A DNA stretch of 33,193 bases from Basidiobolus ranarum (Eukaryota), in NCBI GenBank assembly GCA_040143965.1, contig JASJQH010000077.1:1-33193 (forward strand). Reading direction: 5' to 3'. The translations under genes and the position numbers were made by a program. The notes beneath the pieces were generated by a model that searched no databases, was not told the DNA's origin, and saw only the letters and a list, made by a program, of their open reading frames with translations. Positions 10,971-23,315 of the stretch are shown here, one piece after another; the first letter of the stretch is position 1, and every line of letters starts with the position of its first letter.

Positions 10971-11962
10971 CTAATGAATATTGTACCTTCCCTTCAACTC
11001 TTGGAGAGCCGATTTAGCCTGGTTTACTCCATGCCTCAATCTCTCCAACTCTTCTATTGGATTAAGTTTTCTGTGCTCCATGGGTTTGGTTTTATTTTTG
11101 GAAACCGCTCTAGAGCGAGATTTGCAGACCTTCGTATTATTTTGTTCGAAAGTTTCTGGAATATGATAGGATATTGGCCGAAAGCAAACATACGGATCGG
11201 AGGAGCTGTTGATGTTCAACATCTATTGAGAACACGGTGAAAACTCACTAACATGGATATAATATGTGGTACAGGTGCGTAATACCTTGAGACGTGGAGA
11301 TAGGTAACCCTTGCGGTGACGTTTGCATTCTTTCCAATACTTAAAGACATTCTGTGCCCTTGGGTGTGAGAACAATTCAATATTCTTGTATTTTATCTCC
11401 TGAAACTTCAGATTTTGTGTGAGATCAAATGATTAACTACCATTGCTGGTGTATCTACATCATACCTGATTCTGATTCAGTTGCTCAAGTGTAGCTAGCA
11501 TTAGTTCCAAGTCCGAGTCTTTCAAAGGTTTTTGGAACTTTTGAGAGTTTAGTTTATCTAACCACTCCTCATCTTGCTCATTCAAATTATACTCCACTTG
11601 ATCCTGCTTCTCAGAGGTAGCATATCGTATGAAGTTCGTTGGAAGGTCAAATCTCTTGGAGAAGTGTTCGTTGCTTTGATAGATTACGTCAACTTTTGGG
11701 ACTGGAATATGCTGAACAGTGTGGTTATCTCGAAGTAGCGAACGCAGATGAAATTCCTAGTAGAACCAGAATAATCCAAATAAATTAGATACCATTCACC
11801 CGATTTCATGAACATAAAATTGCTCACTTTTTGCTCCTTTGGGATAATAATGTTACGAATCGTGGTGGTTTTGTTAGATGGTGCTTGCAGTTCTTTAGAG
11901 CAAACTTCGTGCTCACGGTACACTGGAATTCGCTTCTCTGACTGTAGAGAACGTTTTCGCAT
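10971..11962 (-). CDS. Compact Enhancer-of-polycomb (Epl1/EPC)-like protein, EPcA region only
   Basis: Exons 11962-11828, 11756-11466, 11399-11286, 11222-10971 (263 aa), all joined by phase-0 GT-AG introns. EPcA-like motifs MRKRSLQSEKRIPVYRE, EFHL, HIPVP, FDLPTNFIRY, EYNLNEQDEEWL, VFKYWKE..R...G.L.PRLK, DPYVCFR and ELERLRHGVNQAK. The start codon is uncertain. Confidence 0.8.
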
Positions 11963-12690
11963 CGTGTCGGAAAGACTGAATTGAATCTGGACCGATGGAT
12001 CATTTTATTATACAACTTTACTGCCAATAATGTATCTATGAAACATCACCAAGGTTGAATGATGAGTTCCATGATGGAAAGCGATTCTCATGCAACAAAT
12101 CTTCTATTCCTTTGTCTTAACATGTGTTTCATTTGTTTAAACTGACCACTCAGCCTCCATCAAGTTGTATCTCTCTGTAAGCTTAAAAACCATTTAATAT
12201 CCAAAACTGATTCCAATCGATATCGTAAGCTCACGTTACTTTAAACTATGTTTCGTCTTACACTCAAGTTATGCTACAACATATATGAAATCAGTTGCTT
12301 GTTTCTATTATTTGTCTTGCGAGAGTAGCTGTGGGTAGTGGTAAAGCTTCTGTTGAAAGATCGGCGCAATGGTACTTGAATATTACTGATTTTATGATTA
12401 GCCATAATTTTGATTGAGGTTATTTCATTCTCCCTAATTACCGTATTCCAATATGCAGCAGAAATTGACTCACGCGTCACATTCGTAGGCCTACAATCAA
12501 CCAACTCCAATCAGAAATATTGATTTTATAATAGACTGAGGAGTGCTGCGAAACTCAGAAAAGGATACTTATTAAAAGACGCAAGCTCAATAAGACACTA
12601 GAGTTTCTATAACTTTTATAAACGTTATTTCTTTGACTTTCTTTTGTTATATATTTTATCTCGTTTATTTTCTCGTAATCACATAACAAT

Positions 12691-15600
12691 ATGGGGATCC
12701 CTAAATTCTTTAGATGGATGAGGTAAAATCTCTCGGTTTTCTATTATCCTTAACTTTGAAAAGTTTCTAACCAAACATATTTAAAACTTACAGTGAAAGA
12801 TACCCTCTATGTAGTCGGCTAGTGAGCGAGAGTAGAATTCCGGAATTTGGTAACTTTTGAACTTGTTCTTGTATGATTTTGCGGTTTATACTTACGTGCT
12901 ATGTAGATAATCTGTATTTGGACATGAATGGTATCATCCACAATTGTACTCACCCTAAGGATGGAGATCCACATTTCCGCTTAACCGAGGCCCAAATGTT
13001 TGTTGATATTTTCAACTACATTGACCATCTTTTTCTAAAGATCAAACCGCGTAAAGTTTTTTTCATGGCTATCGATGGTTAGTTTCTCTTTACTAAGTAC
13101 CTGATGGATGAAAATGGCACAATAATAACTGTATACTTCCAACTTAGGCGTCGCACCTAGAGCTAAAATGAATCAACAGCGTTCGAGACGTTTCCGTACT
13201 GCTAAAGATGCGGCAGCCGCTAGATTAAAAGCGGAGAAAAAAGGAGAAGAACTACCTGCTGAGGATCCATTTGATAGTAATTGTATTACTCCAGGTAAGT
13301 GAAGATGCATCATCTGCTTTTATATTTCCCTGTCTAAATGCTGTGTTTGTTCCATAGGTACCCCGTTTATGGCTAGTCTGACTCGTCATCTCAAATATTT
13401 CGTGAATAAGAAAGTAACTGAAGATGCTAATTGGAGAGGAATTAAAGTAATCTTGTCCGGCCACGAGGTAACTTTCATACCATTTCTATTGTAGGCTTAG
13501 ATATAGATTAACATTGAATGTAAGGTGCCTGGTGAGGGTGAGCATAAAATCATGGAGTACATCAGAATGACTAAAGCGCAGCCTGATTACGACCCCAATA
13601 TCCGTCATTGTTTGTACGGCTTAGATGCTGATCTAATTATGTTGGGTCTGCTTAGTCATGAGCCTCATTTTGCGCTGTAGAGAGAGGAAGTCACCTTTGG
13701 TCCTAGTCGTCAGAAGAAGAACCAAAGGTATTTGATTTCCTTGCCAAGATTCCCTTATATGTTACTAATTCGTTGTAATGCATCCAATTTATTAGTCTGG
13801 AATCACAGAACTTCTTCCTAATGCATCTTTCGCTTCTCCGTGAATATCTCGATCTTGAGTTTTCCTCACTCAAAGAAGGCTTGCCTTTCCCGTACGATCT
13901 CGAAAAAATCATCGATGATTTTGTGTTGATGGCCTTTTTTGTTGGAAATGATTTTCTACCCAATCTTCCACATTTACATATTGCTGAGGGTGCTTTGTCT
14001 CTCATGTTTAATGTTTACAAAAAGGCTATTATACAAGCAGGTATGTGGCACTTTCATATGCTTTGAAATGTAACGCGTGTTTAACCATTTTCTGGGTTTC
14101 CAGGTGGCTATATCAATGACGGTGGTCGTATGAATATAGAACGTCTGCAAATCTTGTTAAATTTCCTTCACGATTTTGAGAAGGATCTTTTCGAAGAGCA
14201 ATTTTCCGACTTGAACTGGTATAGTGGAAAAACCATTAGTCTGGAACAAGAGAAATTAAAGAAGAAAGAGAAAGGTGGTTTGTGTAAGTTATTGTCTATT
14301 GCTTATCGATTCTTTATTGTTCAAATACTCAATACGCTTATCTTTGACTTTCTAGTTATTACTGCTAAACAGAAGGAACTTTATGAGGAAATCAAGAAAT
14401 TCTACGTTGTCCACAATCAAGAATCATTGCATTTCTCCCCTGATTTATCCGCTAAAGATCGTGGATTTATTCAAACAGTCGCCAAGGACTTGGGATTGTT
14501 ATATGCTGTAGAATTCCATGATGATGTTAAGACTAGACACGCTTATGTTGAATTCGATACTGAAGATGAAGAGGAAACCGATGATTCTGTTTCTCCTGCG
14601 TTGAAGAAATATGACGCTGCTATTGTCAGTGATGATAGTGTAAACCAACTGGAAGTGGAAGAGAAGGCTAGATTTGAAGAAAAGTATCGTGAATGGAAAT
14701 CCTATTACTACCGTGAAAAGTTCGAATTCGATCTTGATGATCAGGAGAGTATGGACAAATTAGTTAAGAGTTATGTGGAGGGATTGCAGTGGGTACTTAA
14801 TTACTATTATAATGGAATCTGTTCGTGGGGTTGGTTCTTCCCATTCCATTATGCTCCCATGATTTCGGACCTCAAGGACCTGACTCGTTTCGAAATTAAA
14901 TTCGACATGGGCTCGCCTTTTAGACCTTACGAGCAGCTCATGGGGGTTCTACCCGAAGCTTCTAGGAGCCATATTCCTATGGCGTACAGGGAATTAATGT
15001 TGGATCCCAACTCCCCTATTATCGACTTTTATCCCACTGATTTCGCATTAGATATGAATGGTAAGAAAGCGGATTGGGAGGCTGTCGTTAAGATTCCGTT
15101 CATCGATCAGGATAGATTGCTGAAAGCTATGAAAACCAGAGAACACCGTCTTACCGCAGAAGAGGTCCAAAGAAATGCATTTGGAGAGAATGTCATCTTT
15201 ACTTACGATAAAGATCTGGATGAGTTCTACCCATCCTCCTTGCCTGGAACTTTCCCAGACATTAATAGATGTCAATGTAAGGTGTCAGTTTACAATCTGC
15301 CCACAGTGGATGACGAATCCATGCTGAACAAAGGTCTGTGTAAAGGCGTCGGCCTCGGTGTCAAAGCAATGGCAGGATTCCCAACCTTACATACAATTCC
15401 GCATACTGGAGCCCTTGCTCTTCATGGTATCAACGTATTTCAATTTGACAGTAAAAATGAAACCATGGTGATCACCTTGCAAGATATCTACGAACATCAA
15501 TCAGCAGATGCTATTGCCAATATGTACTTGAACAAGAGAGTCTTCGTTAGTTGGCCTTTCTTGGTAGAAGCTAAGCTCTCCTATCTGACTGATGAGTTCT

Positions 15601-17255
15601 TTAAATATCAACTCGTTGTACATAATGGTAAACTTTCCATGATCAAAACACCGCATGAACCTGAAGATGCTAAAGCATGGTACAAAAAAACCGAGAGATT
15701 GGAGCGAAAATTCAGCAAACGTCGTGGTGTGTTATTCGGGTCCATTAAAATGATTGCCCATGTTTTGTTACTCAAGGGGTTATGCCGTTCGGAGGATGGT
15801 GCACTCGTCAAGGAATACGCTAATCCCGGTGAAGAAAAAGAATTCCCTCTACAAACGATGGTTGATAAGGTGGAGTTAGAAGATCCACGTTTCCTAGAAA
15901 GACCTCCCATTTCAATTTCGGAAGAATTCCCAGTTGGAACGCCCGTCTTCTTCTTAGGGAAATTATACTATGGTTCACCCGCTGTAATATTCGAGAATTC
16001 CCCAACTAGTGTAAGTATCAAGATGAATACTTCGACCGTAAGTGGCGGAAAAGAGCCTGTCTTTGGTCAGCTGGTCACTTTCAATTACTTCAAGAACATC
16101 AATTACACACCAAGTTTTGTAATTAGTAAGAAACTTGGTGTTTCTAATTTAATCTTGAGCAGATTGACTTCTAGTATGCGAGTTATTGCGGGTGAACAAA
16201 AATACAATCTTGGATTAAATCTGAAATTCGAAGCTAAACAACAGAAAGTCCTCGGATACTCTAGGAAAACTACACGAGGATGGGAATTCACACAGAAAGC
16301 GATTGCAATGCTTCAAGAATACAAAGCTAAATTCCCCGAGTTTATTCAAGGTTTAGAGCAGCGAAAGAATGCCGATCTTTACTATGCAACCGATTTTTAT
16401 CCTTCAGAGGTGGCTTCTCAGAAGATGGAAGAGATTAAGGAATGGATCAAATCGTTGGGATGTGACGATTTGGAGAGAGTGCCTCTTGATGCTGAAGCTC
16501 TGGACAAAGAATCTATTACTTTGATCGAAAGCCATGCGGATCAATACGTTCAGAGCAATAGTGATATCAAGTCCATTTTAATCAAGAACATTCCTCGTAA
16601 GGCTGTATTGAAGCCGGCTGATGCCATCCATGGACTTGACGATCAGAAATTCAATCTAGGCGATCGTGTAACTTACGTTTTAGATTCAGGCAAAGTTGCT
16701 ATGGCTACAAAAGGTACAGTTGTTGGGTTACTTGGCACTACTGCCGACGTAGTATTCGATCACACTTTTATTAGTGGCAACGATCTTGGAGGAAGATGTT
16801 CAGCTCACCGTGGCATGTCAGTTCCTTTCCACTCTATCCTTAACCTCAATCGCCCACAAATAGGAGATGTAGCAAAGTTGCAGCCCGAACGTCAGTCTCA
16901 TGACGCTCCACAACATCAAAATCGCAACTACAATAATAACAATCAGTATCGTCATAACAATGCAGGACCAAATCCCAATCGTAATTTAACCCCATACCCT
17001 AGTGAGTTTTTACCGCAACGTGGTAGAGGCCGCGGCGATCACTCTTCTAGAGCACGTCCTCAAGGTACTCATAATTCCTACCATCATGCTCCACCCCCTC
17101 CACAGTATGACCAAGATAGAGGAAATGACCATGACAATCGTCAACCTTACAGAGGCCGGGGTGGTTATCATCCTCGTGGACGTGGAGGCCAGGGCAGAGT
17201 TTGGAATCCCAACAAGCCAACGCAGAATGAGCCATCACAAAACAACCATTACTAA
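12691..17255 (+). CDS. XRN1: 5'-3' exoribonuclease 1 (Xrn1), interrupted by one in-frame TAG at 13678-13680
   Basis: Exons 12691-12722, 12794-12849, 12907-13077, 13148-13294, 13358-13467, 13525-13727, 13796-14040, 14104-14283, 14356-17255 (1347 codons before the final stop). Motifs [105 protein letters not shown] and the Xrn1-specific [11 protein letters not shown] region, with an RGG-rich tail. Confidence 0.95.
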
Positions 17256-18374
17256 AGAATGAATCAATTCAAGTCTATGATACGACCTTCAATGATAGAT
17301 AGCTTCTACATACGCATTTTCAAACGAGCTCACTATTTATTTTGACATGTTGTGTAAAGTTTCCTTTTTTTGTTCGTCAATCAATAAGCATATTCCTGAT
17401 TCTTTTGACTCAAAAGCTTATCTTAAAGGCAACAAATCGTAATAAAGCCTCTTACTTCGATGCCAACCACCAACTAGATTCAAGAAATGTTTGTTTTACG
17501 TGTACTTTATACAGGGACTATGATCAATTAGACTTCATGTATGTTTTATGTTGTTGGATTGCACCATCAATCTTGCATGAGAAAATCATGAATGGCAGCT
17601 TGTCGAAATCCTAATTTACAATGACTGTGAACTGGCGTGACAAGAGCGGGCTCAAACATTATGATATCTATTGGACGAACATTGTCAGTTAATAGATCGG
17701 ATCGGAAGGATTGGCACTGCAGTGGGCTGTGTATTTGGTGTATGTACGGTGACCATTTTCATATTTGTGGAGATATTTACTGAACATTGAATTGTTTCTT
17801 TGGTCGCGACTGTATCAGAAACACACACGATCTAGCGAGAGTTGATGTTGAAAAATTTCCGCCTCACTCTCTGAGATGCATCGTGCATTTCTTGAAACAT
17901 CGTTATAGCCGCCCAGTTGACGTCGTCTAGTCTCTGTAACACAGCCTCTAGCCTCTTCTATGTTCTAGTGTCAATCCGAGTAGGTACCTGGAGTAATTTG
18001 ACGTTTCATAAATTCAAATAGAGGCTACAATGGCCACAATTACTAGTAAATAATGGACCTTGGAAGAGGGGAAGAACTAGTAAGAAATATGGAATAATGC
18101 TCGGATTCCCATTAATCTAAGGAAATTAATTGAGCCTATCATTTTATGTTTGATCTTTGCTTCGATACACTCCGTTGTTTGCTCTCCACTCCATTTTATT
18201 ATGATTATTATTCTGAAGCAGGAATACCAACAGTTATTTTGTCGTTGTTTAGCCATAGGGACTAGCTTAATACTGAGTGATATAAAAGAGAGCGATCGGC
18301 TATCTATCACAACAGACAAACAAGTATATCTCTTTCTCAACACTCTCTATTCCACTCTACTTTGTTACCCAGCC

Positions 18375-21300
18375 ATGGAATACTCTTCAATTGCCTTTTG
18401 CCTTGTTCAGCCAGCTATGACCCGTCATCAAGCCAACGCTGAAATCGAATCTAATGGATTCTCCTTTTCAAGACTCACTCAAATGTGCGAAAAGTTGGTC
18501 GAATCCCCTTGTCACTATGAAATCAACCTAATAAATCCCACCTCCACCAACCCTAACCCCTCTCAATATCAAATACTTCTATCCGGCCCCACCCCCCAAA
18601 TCCTCGCCATTCAACGTTCTCTATTACAACAGTACCCATCTGAGGTAAGTATGATTCTACCAAATGGATTGAATTTTCTTACTCATCTTCAATATGAATT
18701 AGCTGGAAGTGATGGCCAAACTAAATTGCCATCCAGAAATGATTGAGGATGGAAATTGGAAACCTGAAATTCAATTTCACATCGATGATATCATTCGCGG
18801 CAAAGATGTAGTCGTTGAGTTTATTGATCAACAATCTCAAACCAAGAACGGTACGGCTACGCAGGTGGTGATCAAAGGAAATCCCGTCTGTGTTGAAAGA
18901 GTTCGGCAAAGTATTGTTCGCCTGGAGATGGGCTTAAGTGTAAGTTACCTATTCAACTTTCTAATCCCTTCCTTCCATATTGACAAATGGATTTTATTGA
19001 GCAGAACAAGGCTATTACATCTGTGATCAATGTTGAAGTACATATGCTCAAGATCATATCTGGTCCTAAAGATTGCTTCTTCAACGATATTGAGGAGGAA
19101 ACTCAAGTCAAGATCGATGTTCCTTGTCACTATGGAAATTTACTAGAATGCTTCTCCAGCACGACTCCACCAAAAGAAATCATAATCTCTGGAGAAAAAG
19201 CCCAAGTTGAAAAAGCAGTTCAACGTATTGAAGCTGCCATAAACAAAACGGTAACTAGTATGAGTTTTGTAAAAATTCATGGACAATCTCTTAAATCCCT
19301 CCACTTTAGAACATGGCTTTGATCAAAAGACATATAACCGTACAACCTCGAAAGCTTGACTGGTTACCTCTTACAAAATATGCTGATTTAATGGATGTTA
19401 TGAACAAAAATGGTACGACTTTACTGATTTGTGGTAGTTTTTAATGGCGGTCTAATAACCTTTTCACATCAGCCACATCAATCATATTGCCTGCTCTCGA
19501 GTCCAGTCATCCATATGTTATAATCTATGGTCAGAACGAGATTGAAGTATCACGCACTACAAAGGCCATTATGCAAATGGTATAACTAAGCATGCAATTT
19601 ACCAGCAATTGATAGCAGCGCTAATCTTTCATTATGCATTACAGACAAGTGATATATTTTCTGGGTGGCTTTGGTTAGAAAGCAATATCCCAAGTAGTCA
19701 GCCAGTTCAGTTACCCAAAAATGAAGAAATGAATGCCCTCCTATCACGAATTTCACAAACCTCTGGGACGGAGGTGATTTACCATAATCATAGCTTTGAA
19801 GTTTCTGGAGAGCCCACCCAACTAAAGGCAGCTTTTCGTTTGATCGGGAACGAATATTCATTCCAGGTAATACTTTCTAAACTTGAGAAAATTCTCTATT
19901 CTTATTAACCGAAACCCGTTCGTTCCAGCTTTTCCAACGGGAAATCAAACTGCAAGTAGAACTTGCAATCGAACACCGAGAATTTATTAGCGGGAAGAAA
20001 AATGGAAAGATTAACAAGATCATGAAAGTTGCCAACGTTAAAATAGGATTTGAGAACTTCAATGACTGCAACTTCTTTATCAATATCTACAGTCCCGAAT
20101 GTAGTAAAACTCTTGAAGGACTAAAATTGTTACAGGTTTGTCAATGTAGTGCTCTCTCTTTACAATACGTGTGTACTCATCATGAACAATTTCTTTAGGA
20201 GGAGCTTCCTGCCGAGCTCTCTTTCTATGTTCCTGAAAGCTACCACAAACGTATCATCGGAGTAGGTGGCAAGAATATCCAGAGAATCATGAAACAGTTT
20301 GGAGTCTACGTAAAATTCTCTACAGCAGAAGAATTCGCTGCTCAAGGGGTATGTATCTCTTCAGGTGATAACGTAGTGGCTAGAACACCAGCCAAAAATG
20401 CTTGCAATTTGGATAAATTCAAGCAAACCATAGTAGATCTGGTCGAGAACAGAGTAAGTGCCTGTTCCGTATCTTTCCTTTCACCACTTCATTTCTCATC
20501 AAATCTTTTAGGATCAAGGATGGGCACTCGAGTCCACTGGTGAATTCTTTTCAGGACCACTGGTTGCTGAGCCGATCTCAATGTCCAAAACGTCTTATGA
20601 TCGCAAGGATTCCGGCTTCGATACATACGACTCCAATTTCATCACTCATAGAATGCAAGATCTTGCATTAAACGAGACACGTGTTCGCTATCCTTCAAGT
20701 GCCTCCCTTTATATGGCCATTGATTCTGAAGAGTTCAGAAACCTGGTTAAGAAGATGAAGCAAGAGCTCAACATCATTTTGATCGCTCCGTCACGCGATC
20801 TCAATGGATTCCCGTCGATGCGTAACAAGGCGCTTGAACAAGGGTATTATTCCTTCATCTTAAAATACGAAACCCGAGAGACGACTTTAATCCCTGGAGC
20901 TCAGCAAATGCTAGAGGAATTCCTGAACATGAATCACGTAAGAATAACGCTTTGATTCTAGATATCTGAAAATGTACTAAACAATTCATTCTCCTAACAA
21001 GGTCCCGTTGAGAGCTTCTCTATCGAATATAGATCATGAATCTTCTCATTATTCACATAGAACAATGCCTATCTCAGCACCAGGTACCTTTCTACTCTAA
21101 ATATCCTCGTTAACTTTTAACTTACTCCGACTTACCTAGGCAACCGCTTGTTGGTGGATAATCGCAACTATTCCCTGTTTGATCAGCAAACTGGAAATTC
21201 ATTCTTCGAACCCACACTTCAGGTAACTCTACCTTATCTGTGGTCATGGCTCTCTCCCAATTCTAACTTTGCTTCATTTCTATGTTTGTAGAGAAGGCAT

Positions 21301-21819
21301 ACTGATCAACCAATAACTGCAAATGTAGGTCTTTTCTGCGAGTTGTATTGGATTCAAGAAGCATATCCTAACCATATCATCTATATATAGTTTCAAGTTC
21401 ATCAATCTGCTGCTAGAGTTATATCCGAATCATTTTTCGATGATAGCAAGGTAATTATCATTTAATATAGCTACTATCCCCAACTAGATCACTCACATTT
21501 TCCATATCTAGAAAACCCCAAAGAATGCTACTTGGAGCTCTTCTCTCGGTTATAACGGTAGCTATCACTTTATCACTCCAAGCACCTCACAAATACTGAA
21601 ATTCTTCTTTTTATTCTAGTGGAACAACCTATCTCCAGAAATCCCTACAACAATAGTGCCCATTACAAACCTCAGAATATGAAGTGGCCTCTGGGAGCAA
21701 GAGCAGAGTTCAATCCTTTCCAAACTCTACCTACTCCCCCCAGACCAGCCTCGAATTCAGAGACAAGAAATAAGCAAGGCTCGATGGGTTCATTCTACTC
21801 TGGTTATTACGGCTTTTGA
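18375..21819 (+). CDS. Multi-KH-domain RNA-binding protein, Mug60-like
   Basis: 15 exons join in frame: 18375-18644, 18703-18939, 19005-19250, 19310-19412, 19473-19579, 19645-19866, 19929-20135, 20199-20453, 20512-20937, 21002-21083, 21140-21222, 21292-21324, 21391-21450, 21512-21557, 21620-21819. KH motifs EHREFISGKKNGKINKIMK and YHKRIIGVGGKNIQRIMKQFGVYVKFS, plus NVVARTPAKN. The small 3' exons are less certain. Confidence 0.82.
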
Positions 21820-22172
21820 TCAAGCTCTTACAAAGACTACATCTTGAGAGATAAAACTTTCGACTTCCCTCTTACTAGAGATAACAATAGAAATTTTGGA
21901 ATTGTAAAACATCAAATATAGAAGTCCCTTTTCCTAACTACTGGAGAGAGAAAACTAAATAGAGTACAACTAATAGAATTAAACTGTAATAAATCTTGAT
22001 CATACACTCAAACAATTTACTAGTGAAATTTATTTATTGGAATTTTGATCAAACTGACCAAAATCAGCCCATTATTTTTAGATTGAATCGATATTTTTTG
22101 ACGCATGGGAAGACACAAATTCAACCAGTTTCTTTAGTATCAGCTTTACTCCTTTGAAACGATCTAATCATC

Positions 22173-22664
22173 ATGGTAAGTTTAACTTTTCACCTTGAAG
22201 AGACTTCACCCTCATTCTTTAAGATCCCTTCACTATTATTCCAACATTTCATTAACACACTGATTTTCTGATATTTCTATAGTTATTTTATTCCTTTTTC
22301 AAAACCTTAGTAGGACAAACCGTCACTGTAGAATTAAAGAATGATCTTGCCATCATTGGTGTTTTAGTTTCAGTTGACCAATTTTTAAATATTAAACTTG
22401 ATAACATTCAAGTAGTAGATGAAGCACGTTATCCTCATATGGTAGAGACATAAATTTTCCTTCTTATATTTCAATTAACTCAAAAGAAACCACCACTCAT
22501 CACTCAAAAATTTTGGTTCTTTTTAGATCGCTGTGAAGAATTGTTTCATTCGTGGCTCAGTTGTAAGATATGTTCAACTTCCACCTGCTTCCGTAGATAC
22601 TGGTTTGTTACAAGATGCTGCTCGTAGAGAAGCTCAACAACCAGGTGCCACCAAAGCCAGATAA
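22173..22664 (+). CDS. LSM2: Sm-like protein LSm2
   Basis: Exons 22173-22175 (ATG only), 22283-22441, 22527-22664 (99 aa): MLFYSFFKTLVGQTVTVELKNDL...SVDQFLNIKL...YPHM.AVKNCFIRGSVVRYV...LLQDAARREA. Confidence 0.97.
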
Positions 22665-23315
22665 AAGAAAGAAGAAAAACGTGTTAATTCTTAACTAAAT
22701 TCAAGCATTATGTGAATAAATTCTACCCGAAACTTTTTTAAAATGTCTTTTCATAAATTTTCTCTTGTTTATTTTATTATATTAAAGTTATAGGGATCAC
22801 AATCTCCGAGTAAAATATTCGGTTTGTGTTTGGTAGAAACACTTTAGACTCATTCTAATTAGTGTCAAAGAATTAGATCTGTTGAAAGAACAATAATAAA
22901 AGATAGAATTATGAAGTAATTGGCATTATCTCGTACAAAATATACAATCATATGTGGAACAATAGATTGAACTTCTCATACAAAATTCAATTATCCCCTT
23001 GTCAGGAAATGCTGGAGAAGGTTTCAAGCGGATACGCATTAGAATTAGTTCGATCAACATCAACTTAAAAAACAACTACATCATTAGAAGCACGAATTTA
23101 TCATGAACAAGATGCATACAGTGGATTTTAGTTACCTGCATGATGCTACATCCAGCCATGATTTCGAGTGGAAGGTGGGTATTCCAAGCACGTTCAAACA
23201 ACTTCAATCAATATAAAGCAAGAGACAAAGCTCGAGAACCTTAATAAATCAACATATCATTTCAGTTGGTTTCGCTTCGTTACGTTACGCTAAGTTGACA
23301 CTTGTTCACATCACC

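Noticed and set aside
13678..13680. TAG-to-Leu nuclear code reassignment as the explanation for the XRN1 stop
   Set aside because: TAG terminates the ATPase (1274), the serine hydrolase (10791) and the Spc19-like gene (32023), and no other reconstructed gene has an internal TAG.
17342..18374. ORFs 17342-17614 and 18077-18343, and the 5' extension 18150-18374 of the KH gene
   Set aside because: They have non-ATG starts or lie antisense, with UTR-like composition and no motifs. The ATG at 18375 (GCCATGG) is the better start.
22173..22282. ATG-only first coding exon and longer (107 nt) first intron of LSM2
   Set aside because: An intron directly after the start codon is a common arrangement, and I saw no convincing C/D or H/ACA snoRNA boxes in the intron.
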